A stretch of 64,000 nucleotides of DNA, from positions 30,063 through 94,062 of the IMG/VR virus record IMGVR_UViG_3300045988_058617; one strand, given 5' to 3'. Each line of letters starts with the position of its first letter. The stretch's first letter is position 1. Positions 46,275-56,090 of the stretch are shown one piece after another. The DNA is from a virus. Both the position numbers and the translations under genes were made by a program. Under the pieces are notes generated by a model that was given only the letters and a program-made list of their open reading frames with translations, ran no database searches and was not told where the DNA came from.

Positions 46275-48290
46275 ATGGAATTTAAGAATTTTAAGAAAGA
46301 TGTAGAAGCTGCTTTCAATAATATGATTGCAGAAAACCTGTTTGTTGCTAATGTTGATAAAGACCTCCTTTGGATGGGCTATCTTCTGTCGTTTGAAGAT
46401 GAAACCGTTAGACAAGACCATAACTGCAATGCCTGTAAATCTTTTATCCGGCATTATGGTAAAGTTGTAGCGATTGACCCTCAAACATATAAGACTAAAA
46501 CATTCTGGGATGATGTGCACACTCCTGGATACGAGAAAACAGCACAGGCTCTAGCTAAATTAGTTAAGGAAGCTGGAATAGGAGATGTCTTCATTCAAGG
46601 TGTGAACGAATTTCATGGTTGTGACCATAATGTTCAACTACTCCCTGATGGAACAACTAGAACTTGGACACATCTGTACGTAACTATTCCGAATAACTTC
46701 AAGTTCAACAGGCGAGTTCATGGTTTTGACTCTGCTGCCGGTTACAGGGGAGATGTCAGAGCAAGAGCTGGGGTATTTGAACGCTCTATCAGCGAGCTTA
46801 AGCTGGAGGCAGTTGAAACTGTTATTGAGCTTATAGAAGGAAATAATCTCTATAGAGGTGCAGAGTTCTTGAAGAGTTTGGAGGAATTTAGAAGAACACT
46901 AGTTACTGCTCAAACTCTGAGTCCAGAAGTAAGAACTAACTATTGCTGGTTAAACTTTAAGTCTCCTATAGCTAAGATTAGAAATACGGCTATGGGAACT
47001 TTACTTATTGACCTAAGTAATGGTGTAGATTTGGAGAGAGCAGTAAAAGCATACGAGAACATCATGGCTCCTGCCAACTATAAGAGACCTACTGCTATCA
47101 TTACTAAGAAGCAAATTGAATCTGCTCAGAAGAAAGTAGAAGAGCTAGGTCTTACTGATGCACTTCCCCGTCGTCACGCTCACGTAGAAGATATTTCTGT
47201 GAATGATGTTCTATTCGTAAATAGAGACACTAGAGCAAAGATGAAAGGAGGAATGTTTGATATGCTCTCTGAAACTTCTACGGTAAATCCGAAAGAGTTT
47301 ACCAAAGCCCAAGAGGTTTCTGCTGACGCCTTTGTCAAGAACATACTTCCAGGGGCTAAGGAGGTTTCTATCTTGGTAGAGAACAGACATATTCCCAACT
47401 TTGTTACTCTGACTGCTCCTGAAAATCCGGATGCTGGGCAGTTGTTTAAGTGGGATAACAACTTTGCTTGGGTTTATAATGGTTCTGTAGCCGATTCCTT
47501 CAAGGAGAAGGTAAAGGCTGCTGGTGGAAATGTAGACGGTTTCATGAGATGCTCTCTTCACTGGTTTAACTATGATGACCTTGACCTTCATGTAACCGAA
47601 CCTGGTGGAAGAGAAATCTATTATGGAATCAAAACTGGTTATACTGGAGGAACTCTTGATGTTGACATGAATGCAGGTTCCGGAAAAACTAGAGATGCTG
47701 TTGAGAACATCATATGGACAGACCCTAGCAGACTAAGACCGGGAGATTATGTGGTAAGAGTGCATAACTTCTATAAGAGGGAAAGTATTGATTTTGGTTT
47801 CGAAATGGAAATCGAGATTAATGGAGAACTTCACAAATTCCAGTATGGAAAAGTAGTTCTGAGCAAGGAATACATTGAAGTTGCTCGTATCCATGTTGAT
47901 GGACAAAGAAACATTTCCATGACTCCTACTATTAAAGAGGGTTCTACATCGTTCAAATCTACTAACGAGTGGGGAATTGATACAATGAAATTCCAGAAGG
48001 TTTCTTGTATTATGTTCTCTCCTAATCATTGGGAAGGCAACGCTATAGGAAACAAGCATCTGTTCTTTATGATAGATGGATGCAAGAATCCAGACCCTGT
48101 TAGAGGTTTCTTTAATGAATATCTGAGAGCTGACCTTGAAAAGGAGCATAGAAGAGTGTTTGAAGCTCTTGGTTCTAGAGCAAAAGCTGAGTACAGTGAT
48201 GACCAGTTGAGTGGATTGGGATTTTCTAGCACATCACACAATGATGTTGTTGTAAAAGTTGATAATAAATCATTTAAAATCATTTTCTAA
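46275..48290 (+). CDS. Large hypothetical protein (671 aa) with an N-terminal HNCNACK zinc-finger-like motif.
   Basis: ORF track. An uninterrupted long ORF with no recognisable catalytic motif. Confidence 0.6.
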   Translation: MEFKNFKKDVEAAFNNMIAENLFVANVDKDLLWMGYLLSFEDETVRQDHNCNACKSFIRHYGKVVAIDPQTYKTKTFWDDVHTPGYEKTAQALAKLVKEAGIGDVFIQGVNEFHGCDHNVQLLPDGTTRTWTHLYVTIPNNFKFNRRVHGFDSAAGYRGDVRARAGVFERSISELKLEAVETVIELIEGNNLYRGAEFLKSLEEFRRTLVTAQTLSPEVRTNYCWLNFKSPIAKIRNTAMGTLLIDLSNGVDLERAVKAYENIMAPANYKRPTAIITKKQIESAQKKVEELGLTDALPRRHAHVEDISVNDVLFVNRDTRAKMKGGMFDMLSETSTVNPKEFTKAQEVSADAFVKNILPGAKEVSILVENRHIPNFVTLTAPENPDAGQLFKWDNNFAWVYNGSVADSFKEKVKAAGGNVDGFMRCSLHWFNYDDLDLHVTEPGGREIYYGIKTGYTGGTLDVDMNAGSGKTRDAVENIIWTDPSRLRPGDYVVRVHNFYKRESIDFGFEMEIEINGELHKFQYGKVVLSKEYIEVARIHVDGQRNISMTPTIKEGSTSFKSTNEWGIDTMKFQKVSCIMFSPNHWEGNAIGNKHLFFMIDGCKNPDPVRGFFNEYLRADLEKEHRRVFEALGSRAKAEYSDDQLSGLGFSSTSHNDVVVKVDNKSFKIIF

Positions 48291-48292
48291 TT

Positions 48293-48667
48293 ATGTTTAA
48301 ACAAGCGTCAAAAATGAAGTTGCGTTTCGCAACTAGTAAAGGTAATCTGAGTGTAGAAGATTTGTGGGACTTGAGCCTGCCAGTATTGGATAAATTAGCC
48401 GTTTCTTACGATGAGGAACTAGCTAAAAGTCCAAGAAAGTCTTTCATAACTAATGATACTCCCAGCAATACCGAACTTGAATTGAAGTTCAATATTGTGA
48501 AGGAGATTATAACGGATAAGCTAAAAGAGAAGGCTGATAGAGAGACAGCTAAGAATAAGGCTGCTGAAAAGGCTCGCCTGACGGAACTGTTAGCTAAGAA
48601 ACAATCTGAGAAGTTAGAAAGCTTGTCCGAAGATGAAATCAAACGGAGACTCGCCGAACTCGGGTGA
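48293..48667 (+). CDS. Hypothetical protein with a charged coiled-coil C-terminus.
   Basis: ORF track, 124 aa. Confidence 0.5.
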   Translation: MFKQASKMKLRFATSKGNLSVEDLWDLSLPVLDKLAVSYDEELAKSPRKSFITNDTPSNTELELKFNIVKEIITDKLKEKADRETAKNKAAEKARLTELLAKKQSEKLESLSEDEIKRRLAELG

Positions 48668-48944
48668 GTGTGTAGTATTAAAGACTGTCAGTCCACAAAT
48701 CTTAGACAGACTAAGAGAAAGTGGGTTGACAGTTTGTATTTGTTGCGAATTTGAAGGAGTAGCCTGGTTGACATTCAGTCCTGGACTACCCTTTGATATT
48801 CATGGAGAGGGTTACGATTTTGAAGAGCTTGGGTTAATAGGCACAGAAGCTAATCTAAGATACTTTGAAAAAGTTACCCCTAACTATATTGATTGTGGAA
48901 CTGATGTTGATAAGTTTATTAACACCTGTCTACAGTTTAAGTAA
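48633..48944 (+). CDS. Hypothetical protein.
   Basis: ORF track, 103 aa. Confidence 0.45.
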   Translation: MKSNGDSPNSGECVVLKTVSPQILDRLRESGLTVCICCEFEGVAWLTFSPGLPFDIHGEGYDFEELGLIGTEANLRYFEKVTPNYIDCGTDVDKFINTCLQFK

Positions 48945-49054
48945 GTTAACAGTTTTTAACTTTGAATTTAACAATTCGGAGACTAATCTAGTAAGAAGAT
49001 TAGAAAAATGATACTTTAGGATTATCTCTCGGTTCGTGAGAATAGCTACCATAT

Positions 49055-49129
49055 GCCCGGATGGTGGAATTGGTAGACACGTCAGATTTAAGCTCTGATG
49101 CCCATTGAGGGCGTGTCCCACTTCGGGTA
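49055..49129 (+). pseudogene. tRNA-Leu-like (anticodon TAA) with an intact 5' half and variable-arm hairpin but no canonical T arm (75 nt); a probable pseudogene.
   Basis: Acceptor GCCCGGA/TTCGGGT, GTG/CAC D stem, TCAGA-TTTAAGC-TCTGA, variable hairpin GCCC-ATTGA-GGGC. There is no TTCGANT loop. Confidence 0.35.
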
Positions 49130-49305
49130 CTATAAAATGTTTTGATATGGAAAGATACATAAAAGAACTAGTAGAGATTTATACTAGCAATACTCTTAAG
49201 TCAAAAGAGGAGCTAGAAAGTTTGAAGAAACTTATTATGAATGCTCATAGAGCTGGTTTCATAGCTGGAGAAGAATCTATAGTAATTGATAAGTTAACAA
49301 AATGA
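49105..49305 (+). CDS. Small hypothetical protein.
   Basis: ORF track, 66 aa. Confidence 0.35.
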   Translation: MRACPTSGTIKCFDMERYIKELVEIYTSNTLKSKEELESLKKLIMNAHRAGFIAGEESIVIDKLTK

Positions 49306-50216
49306 AAGAAAGTGTATTTTTTGGAAACGAAGGATTGACTTCTACATCTGCTAACTATTATGCTAATGTTGCGCAGGAAATGATTCAGGCTGCTACTGAG
49401 CGTCTGAATAGTGTGAGGTTCTATCAAGTGTTTGTAGCCTCTATAGGAGGTGGGGAGAAGCAATTAATGACAGTAGGTCAAACTTCCCTAGACTTTATTA
49501 AGGACGACTTAGAAAAGTCAGCGGAAATGAATAGCTTCTGTGCTTGGGTGCGGGAGGCTATTAAGAAAAAGGAGGAATTGATTTCCTATACTACTGCTTG
49601 CTCTATCGAAAAATGGGCTAGAGAAAACAATGTTGAGATTCCAGAACAACCTCAATATCCAGATTCACCTATTAAGGCGGATGAAAAAGAGGTAATGGAT
49701 TCATGGGATGCCAATAAGAGAAACAAGTACCTAAGACTTGAAGCATTTGCTTCTACTTATGGGAAATATATTCACCCAAAAGGAGCTTTTAGTAAAGCTA
49801 GAAAAGATGTTCATGCTGCTGAAAACTGCCCAATCTACAAGGAAGGAACTGGTAGAGACTTAATTCTCTATTACCAAGACCCAACTATTAAGATAGAGGA
49901 CGTCGATGCGATGTTTATGTCTCTTCAAGATACGTATCGTTCTTATGAAAAAGAACTAAACGCTATGAAGGCAGAACTTAAAGAGACTGTAAATAAACTT
50001 GATATGACTAGAGAAAGGGAATATCAAGATAGAGTAGCAGAATTTAAGGCTGACTATGAGAGATATAATTCTAAAATGCAAGAATTTAGAAGTCAGTTTA
50101 ATAACTGGAGAACGTCTGAACAGGAGAGAATCTCTCAACTAAAGATTACCTTGCCAACGAATCTTCTAGGAATTTTCGAAGAAATTAGGAAACAAGGCGA
50201 TCCCTCCTCTAAGTAA
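49302..50216 (+). CDS. Hypothetical protein.
   Basis: ORF track, 304 aa. Confidence 0.6.
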   Translation: MKESVFFGNEGLTSTSANYYANVAQEMIQAATERLNSVRFYQVFVASIGGGEKQLMTVGQTSLDFIKDDLEKSAEMNSFCAWVREAIKKKEELISYTTACSIEKWARENNVEIPEQPQYPDSPIKADEKEVMDSWDANKRNKYLRLEAFASTYGKYIHPKGAFSKARKDVHAAENCPIYKEGTGRDLILYYQDPTIKIEDVDAMFMSLQDTYRSYEKELNAMKAELKETVNKLDMTREREYQDRVAEFKADYERYNSKMQEFRSQFNNWRTSEQERISQLKITLPTNLLGIFEEIRKQGDPSSK

Positions 50217-50219
50217 TTA

Positions 50220-50651
50220 GAGGAATTTTCTGTAGGAAGCTAACAATTTATATATACGTTAGGAATAATATATGAATCTTTATTTGGAAATCTAAGGATT
50301 TCTGACTTACACATTCGCTGGTCTCACAAAAATCTTGAAATTACTCTCTTATTGAGAGTCTTAGTCTTCGCTAGTGTGACCAGGTCTTCGACTTTGATTT
50401 CATCTTTGCCTGCGTGTTAGCTTCCTACTATAGCTCACCAGCCAAGTTGTTGGAGGAGTTACGAAGCCCTGTTAAGGGTTTCAGCATTTGCTTCAGTTAC
50501 AAGTAATCTTTAAACTTGGTGACTATTATCCCAAATTCTCAACAAGATGAAGAGGGAGGTTGGCCGACCTAATAACGGTACAAGCTCTTCGGAGTGATAG
50601 GAGTGGGGAAAGTATCTGAGAAGCACAGATACTGGAACCACTCTTTTTTTT
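50220..50651 (+). ncRNA. Candidate structured non-coding RNA region (about 430 nt with no ORF). It has a 14-bp long-range inverted repeat (50232–50245 against 50416–50429), further internal inverted repeats, and a strong intrinsic terminator (50601–50651).
   Basis: The perfect inverted repeat is gtaggaagctaaca/tgttagcttcctac. Others are ctggtctcaca/tgtgaccag and actctc-ttatt-gagagt. The terminator is gagtgg…gtatctg-agaagca-cagatac…ccactc followed by T8. Confidence 0.35.
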
Positions 50652-50688
50652 GATAGATAAAATGTTTAACTAATTAAAATTATTGAAA

Positions 50689-50856
50689 ATGAAGAAGTTA
50701 CTATTGCTTTTTGTGTTAGTTGCTGCTATGTCAGCTTGCACACACAAGACTCAACCGGCAACTGTAGTTGCAGAAGACTCTGTTGTAGTCGTTGAGAATG
50801 TTGCAGACACAACTGCTGTCGATTCTATAGTATCTAACGATAGTATTCAGTAAGTA
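50689..50856 (+). CDS. Small lipoprotein (55 aa; signal peptide with an AAMSAC lipobox).
   Basis: Manual translation MKKLLLLFVLVAAMSACTHKTQPATVV…. Confidence 0.4.
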
Positions 50857-51173
50857 TGGATTTCATCGCAACTAGAGTTAGTGAACTCCTAGAAAAGGTT
50901 TCACCCATTAGACGATGGCTTATTTCCGATGTTGCGAATGAATACTACCGTGAAGGTTATCAAGATGGTCAGAAGCTAGTCTATAGAAATGTATTGAAAG
51001 GTAACGCATTGAAAGAATTTATTGAAATTCTTAATCATTGCGGAATCAAATTGAGTTACAATCTGCGGAAAGGAGGTTTAATTGTCAGTGTGAGATCTGA
51101 CAAACTTCCCAATCTGCAACGTCTCGTTGAATGTTATAAAAATGAAAGTAAAGAAGACAAGAAATTTCAGTGA
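50856..51173 (+). CDS. Hypothetical protein.
   Basis: ORF track, 105 aa. Confidence 0.5.
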   Translation: MDFIATRVSELLEKVSPIRRWLISDVANEYYREGYQDGQKLVYRNVLKGNALKEFIEILNHCGIKLSYNLRKGGLIVSVRSDKLPNLQRLVECYKNESKEDKKFQ

Positions 51174-51516
51174 TGCCCCACCTCTTGATGTTCAGTATAA
51201 CTACATCATGGAGAACTTTGACTTTGACAAGGTTCTAGAATATATGAGTTGGGACAAGAGTCATAGAACATATGACGATGATGGGAAATGTGTAGGAAAG
51301 TCTCCTTGGAGGATGTATATAAGTCCTGGAGAGTATAGAGTTCCATCTATTTCTGACCTAAGAGCACTAGCTAGAGACTTACTTACGCAAGTAATAAGAA
51401 ATTATAGAAACAGTAAATCAACATTTGTTTCTATATCTACTGGGCCATTTAAGGCTATGTGTAGATATGGTATGCTAGAGTTGGTTGGTGTTATAGAATC
51501 TTGGAGCGATGATTGA
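51127..51516 (+). CDS. Hypothetical protein.
   Basis: ORF track, 129 aa. Confidence 0.5.
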   Translation: MNVIKMKVKKTRNFSDAPPLDVQYNYIMENFDFDKVLEYMSWDKSHRTYDDDGKCVGKSPWRMYISPGEYRVPSISDLRALARDLLTQVIRNYRNSKSTFVSISTGPFKAMCRYGMLELVGVIESWSDD

Positions 51517-51904
51517 GTTCAATGAAGTGTTCTGTTTAGATTTAAAAGATGATTTTGAGGAATTAGGAAGGCATGAGAGAAATTTCGAGCTAGATGAATT
51601 CATTCAGAAGGATTTGAGTAGAGCTTTTGCTTTTGGTTATTGTCACTTAGATTGGATAAAAGAAAAAATGTGGTTTCCAGTCTCTATTAGAAAAGCCTTG
51701 AGGCATCTTGGAGATAATTTGGAAGACTTTATTCCACAAATTAAGTGGCTTAATGGGAAGTATGGAGCTGTAGGAAAGAGAGTTAGAATAAGTGATTACG
51801 CAAACTATATTTTAGATAATATATTTTGTGATAACCAAGACGACCTGCTAAAGATAGCAATACTACTAGGAACTAATCTCAGGACTAATACTCAGAATGA
51901 GTAA
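51509..51904 (+). CDS. Hypothetical protein.
   Basis: ORF track, 131 aa. Confidence 0.5.
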   Translation: MIEFNEVFCLDLKDDFEELGRHERNFELDEFIQKDLSRAFAFGYCHLDWIKEKMWFPVSIRKALRHLGDNLEDFIPQIKWLNGKYGAVGKRVRISDYANYILDNIFCDNQDDLLKIAILLGTNLRTNTQNE

Positions 51905-52358
51905 TTTAGAGGTCTTTACTGACGGAGCTTTTAGTTCATCTAGAAATACAGGAGGAGTAGGAGTTGTATTCGTAATTGATGGGAAAAAATCCTATGAATT
52001 TAGCAAGATGATTCCAAATACTACTAACAACAAATGTGAGTTGTTAGCTGTAATATATGCTCTCAATGCAGTAAGCCGTAAGATAGAATCTCTTACTATC
52101 TATTCAGATTCTCAGTATGTCATAGGATGTGCTACAAAAGGATGGAAAAGAAAAAAGAATGTAGAGTTGTGGAACTTATATGACAAGGTTTTTGCTAAGG
52201 CAAGCCAGTTTTGCCCTGACATAAAATTTTGTTGGGTTAAGGGACATACTTCAAATTCTGATTTCTTTTCTGAGATGAATAATTTAGCAGATAAATTAGC
52301 AGTTGAAGCAAGTCAAGAATATGAAACTAAGAAAGAACAAAAACAAGAGACTCATTAA
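51897..52358 (+). CDS. rnhA: Ribonuclease H (RNase HI family).
   Basis: ORF track, 153 aa. It has TDGAF…GGVGVV…NNKCELLAVIYAL…YSDSQYV…WVKGH…NNLADKLA, the RNase H DEDD-fold signature. Confidence 0.65.
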   Translation: MSNLEVFTDGAFSSSRNTGGVGVVFVIDGKKSYEFSKMIPNTTNNKCELLAVIYALNAVSRKIESLTIYSDSQYVIGCATKGWKRKKNVELWNLYDKVFAKASQFCPDIKFCWVKGHTSNSDFFSEMNNLADKLAVEASQEYETKKEQKQETH

Positions 52359-52737
52359 AGAGGCTATGAAGTTCTATCCGTTTGATTATGGTTTTGTTCT
52401 CTCCCTAGAGAAACAAGCTTTAATTAGAATGTATGAATACTTCAAAGTATCTAGAATTGCTGAAGGTAACGAAGTTGTTGAAAAGAATCTAAAACTCGCA
52501 CTAGGACTTTTAGATATTGTTCTAGAGATAGATTCTGCCTATCATTGTGATTTCAGACCTGGGTCTGAAGGATTCGTAGATAGGCACATAAACATTAAGA
52601 ACTGGAAACGATTCTGGCCTAAAGCTGCTGATCTTGATTTGAGTAAACCTATTCTTCAAGACCATTTGAGAAGAGAAAAAGCCTGGTACTTGTACAATAA
52701 ACTTAGGTTTGAACGTATGAGAACTTGGTGGGATTAA
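52303..52737 (+). CDS. Hypothetical protein.
   Basis: ORF track, 144 aa. Confidence 0.45.
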   Translation: MKQVKNMKLRKNKNKRLIKEAMKFYPFDYGFVLSLEKQALIRMYEYFKVSRIAEGNEVVEKNLKLALGLLDIVLEIDSAYHCDFRPGSEGFVDRHINIKNWKRFWPKAADLDLSKPILQDHLRREKAWYLYNKLRFERMRTWWD

Positions 52738-52753
52738 TTTAACTAATTTAATT

Positions 52754-53770
52754 ATGAAGAGAATTTTTAGTATTATTTGTTTGTGTTTGATGTGTGCATT
52801 TGCTAGCGCACAAGTTGTTGAGACTGGAAGTATGAAGGATAACTGGTATATTTCTGGTAATGTTGGAACTACTATTTGGGATAACCATAGAAGTTGGGCA
52901 GAACCAAATGATGTACTAGTAAACATTGCTATTGGTAAGGAGGTTACTCCTATCTTTGGCTTGGAGTTAGACATGATGGCTGGAATGAACCAAGGAAATA
53001 AAACATTCTTTGATTCACATAATTTGACAGCTAACGTTACTACCAATCTTACTAACCTGATATGTGAATATAACGGAGATAGGCGTCTGTTTGAGCCTAT
53101 ACTAATCGTTGGTGCTGGTTGGTATCATACTTATGGAGATGTCTATAATAATGTATCCGCCCGTGGAGCCGTTAGATGTAACTTTAATATCTCTAATAGA
53201 TGGGCATTAAATGTTACTCCTGAGTATATGTTACTTCCCAAGACTTCTCCTCTGAATCATGAGTTTAACGTCTATATTGGTGCTACCTATCGCTTTAAGT
53301 CTAGCAAGGGGGACTTTCCAATTATGAAGTTGTATAGTGATGCCGAGGTTGAAAGCCTAAACGCTTCTATTAATGAGTTGAGAGCCAAGAATGAGGAACT
53401 TATGGCTCGTAAACCAATAGAAATTGTTAAGACGGACACAATCGAAATTACTAAAGTAGAGCTTTTGACTCCAAAAATTCAATTCCTTCAAAATTCTTCA
53501 GAGATTTCTAAAACTTCCAATGTGGCTGTCTCAGAACTAGCTTCCTATATTTCTAATAGTGGAAAAACTTATGTGATTGAGGGATATGCTTCGGAAGAAG
53601 GTCCAGAAGAGTTTAATAATAACCTTGCTGTAGCTAGGGCAGAATCTATGAAGAAGGCTCTGATTAGCTATGGTGCTCCAGAGGATAAATTGGTTGTTAA
53701 GGGATGCGGAATTACCACTGAATTTGGAGATAATGAATTTAATCGTATCGTAATAATTTCCGAACAATGA
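52754..53770 (+). CDS. OmpA-family outer-membrane protein (signal peptide, β-barrel-like N-terminus, and a C-terminal OmpA-like peptidoglycan-binding domain).
   Basis: ORF track, 338 aa. The signal peptide is MKRIFSIICLCLMCAFASAQ, and the C-terminus has …YVIEGYASEEGPEEFNNNLAVARAESMKKALISYG…. Confidence 0.55.
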   Translation: MKRIFSIICLCLMCAFASAQVVETGSMKDNWYISGNVGTTIWDNHRSWAEPNDVLVNIAIGKEVTPIFGLELDMMAGMNQGNKTFFDSHNLTANVTTNLTNLICEYNGDRRLFEPILIVGAGWYHTYGDVYNNVSARGAVRCNFNISNRWALNVTPEYMLLPKTSPLNHEFNVYIGATYRFKSSKGDFPIMKLYSDAEVESLNASINELRAKNEELMARKPIEIVKTDTIEITKVELLTPKIQFLQNSSEISKTSNVAVSELASYISNSGKTYVIEGYASEEGPEEFNNNLAVARAESMKKALISYGAPEDKLVVKGCGITTEFGDNEFNRIVIISEQ

Positions 53771-54011
53771 AGTATAAGAAAAAAGTAGCTTGGTTAAAAG
53801 CAAAGCAAGCATGGTGGGATAAACAAGGAAAAGACTTTCAGGCTGCAACTACCAGACCTGGGTCTATTAAAACTCGATAAATCATGATTGCGTTTATAAT
53901 TATGTGCATAATATTTGCCGCGTATATTTATTATGACCCGTATGTAGATATTACAGAGGATAATGTACTACTATGGTATAATAAAAGCGGCAATAGAGAA
54001 TATATTATTCT

Positions 54012-54224
54012 ATGGTCGAGAAAAACTTAATTAAGGCATTTGTTGCCGTTCTATTAATCGTTGTAATTTACAACGTCAGCTTATGGTTATTATCCGAATC
54101 ATTGTATGCTGCAAATATCTTGGGGTTGTTACTATTACTAGTGGCAATCCCAAGTTTAGTTTATAGGATATTCAAATATATTAAGAAACATTATTTAAAT
54201 AAGGAAAATGAAGACAATTATTAA
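54012..54224 (+). CDS. Small membrane protein.
   Basis: ORF track, 70 aa. Confidence 0.4.
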   Translation: MVEKNLIKAFVAVLLIVVIYNVSLWLLSESLYAANILGLLLLLVAIPSLVYRIFKYIKKHYLNKENEDNY

Positions 54225-55035
54225 GCTTTTGTGTGTATTAACTTTGGTGTTTGGCTTGTCTAGTTGTGGCTACGAGAGAATTGATGCTGGTTACGAAGGC
54301 ATTAAGGTGAAGCTATACGGAGACGGTAAGGGAGTAGACGATGTGTCTCTTGTTACTGGCGCGGTGTGGTATAATCCTGTTACTACGGCTGTATATGAAT
54401 ATCCTACATTCGTACAGACTGTGGACTATCCTCCTTTCAGTATTAATGCTAAAGATGGATCATCATTTACTGTAGACCCTACAATTTCTTTGAAGATTGT
54501 TGACGGGAAATCACCAGAAGTATTTAAGAAGTATAGAAAGGAAGATATTGTAGAGGTAATTAACACTACTTTGTATAATTACGTAAAGAATGCTTTTCGC
54601 ATTCAGCTGAATAACTATACTACTGATGAACTAGTAAGTAAACGTGAGGAGTTTGAGAAGTCTATAGAAGATAGACTGTCAAAGGAACTCTTGGCTGAGA
54701 ATTTTCAGCTTGAACAAATGACTTCTGGTCTTCAATATCCACAGACGCTAGTCAATTCTATTGATGCTAAGAATGCTGCAATTCAACAGGCTTTGAAGGC
54801 AGAGAATGAAGTTAAGACTATTGAGGCAGAAGCTAAAAAGAAAGTAGCAGCTGCACAAGGAGAGGCAGAAGCTCTTAAGATTAAGGGTGATGCAGAAGCT
54901 GAATATAATAGAAAGATTTCAGCATCTTTATCAGTTCTCATAGTTCAGCAGGATATGATTAAGAAGTGGGATGGAAAACTTCCTACTTATGGTCAGGTTC
55001 CCACCTTATTTAAAGACGTAGCTAATAACAAATGA
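54208..55035 (+). CDS. SPFH/band-7 (prohibitin/HflC-like) lipoprotein.
   Basis: ORF track, 275 aa. It has an LSSC lipobox, an SPFH-like core and a C-terminal AEAEAKKKVAAAQGEAEALKIKGDAEAEYNRK segment typical of band-7 proteins. Confidence 0.5.
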   Translation: MKTIIKLLCVLTLVFGLSSCGYERIDAGYEGIKVKLYGDGKGVDDVSLVTGAVWYNPVTTAVYEYPTFVQTVDYPPFSINAKDGSSFTVDPTISLKIVDGKSPEVFKKYRKEDIVEVINTTLYNYVKNAFRIQLNNYTTDELVSKREEFEKSIEDRLSKELLAENFQLEQMTSGLQYPQTLVNSIDAKNAAIQQALKAENEVKTIEAEAKKKVAAAQGEAEALKIKGDAEAEYNRKISASLSVLIVQQDMIKKWDGKLPTYGQVPTLFKDVANNK

Positions 55036-55379
55036 TGTATCTAGTAATATGCACTGTGATGGTAATCATCACGGTGCTTATCTTGAAAGATACCCATGTA
55101 ACCGTTTATTACAATGGGTATAGCAGAAGTGTGGCACTTATAGAAGAAGACTATGACCTTAAAGTTCCAGTGTGGCTAGTTTTAGTAATACTAATCCTAG
55201 GATTTATCCCAGTACTGAACATTATGCTATACACAGTAGGATATTTATTCTATATAGTTCATGCTGTGTGGAATCCAGACAAGTTGTCTGGATATACACA
55301 TAAGTTCAATCTAAGAGGAAATAATTTTCTAACTAGAATAGTGAAGAAGATATGGAAATTCTTAAATGTATGTGTATAA
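55032..55379 (+). CDS. Small membrane protein.
   Basis: ORF track, 115 aa. Confidence 0.45.
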   Translation: MMYLVICTVMVIITVLILKDTHVTVYYNGYSRSVALIEEDYDLKVPVWLVLVILILGFIPVLNIMLYTVGYLFYIVHAVWNPDKLSGYTHKFNLRGNNFLTRIVKKIWKFLNVCV

Positions 55380-55876
55380 CACTGAGACATCTTAGGCGAA
55401 TACTTAGACATAAGTTTTGGGTAGCTTATTACTGTTTTCAGTTAGGTTTATACAAACAGGGCATCTTGCACGACTTATCTAAATTCGGATGGTATGAGTT
55501 CTCTCGTTCTGTAAAATTTTACGATGATGACACATCTCCCTTAAACAAGGAAAAAGAAATTCTAGGATATTCTAGGTCTTATTTACATCACAGAGGAAGA
55601 AATCCACACCATTATGAATACTGGGTAACTAAGCTAGACATTGGCGGTGTTCCAGTGAAGATGCCTAAAGAGTATGCTCTAGAATTGGTATGCGATTATC
55701 TGGCTGCTGGTAAAGTATACAACGGTAATAGTTTTCAAGGAGAATATAACTGGTGGATTAAGTATATAAATTCTCCTAGGGCTATCCATCCAGAAACGAA
55801 GGAATTTATCACTCAGTGTTTTAAGAATTTAGCTAGTGGTAAAGGCATGAAAAGTTTATTAACAATTAGTTATTAA
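55352..55876 (+). CDS. Hypothetical protein.
   Basis: ORF track, 174 aa. Confidence 0.5.
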   Translation: MEILKCMCITLRHLRRILRHKFWVAYYCFQLGLYKQGILHDLSKFGWYEFSRSVKFYDDDTSPLNKEKEILGYSRSYLHHRGRNPHHYEYWVTKLDIGGVPVKMPKEYALELVCDYLAAGKVYNGNSFQGEYNWWIKYINSPRAIHPETKEFITQCFKNLASGKGMKSLLTISY

Positions 55877-56090
55877 AATAATTTTTAGAATGGAAATAAT
55901 TAATGCAACAGATGGCTATAAATTGGGCCACCATAGAATGTATCCAGAAGGTACTGAACAAGTTTACAGTAATTAGACTCCTAGAAGTAACAAATACTTT
56001 CCAGAAGCCACTGAAGGTTCTGTAGTATTCGGAATCCAATATTTAATTAAGAAGTATCTGATTGATGAATTTAATCAGAATTTCTTTGGA

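Noticed and set aside
47180-48283. Minus-strand ORFs inside gene 46275–48290.
   Set aside because: They are antisense to a long uninterrupted plus-strand ORF.
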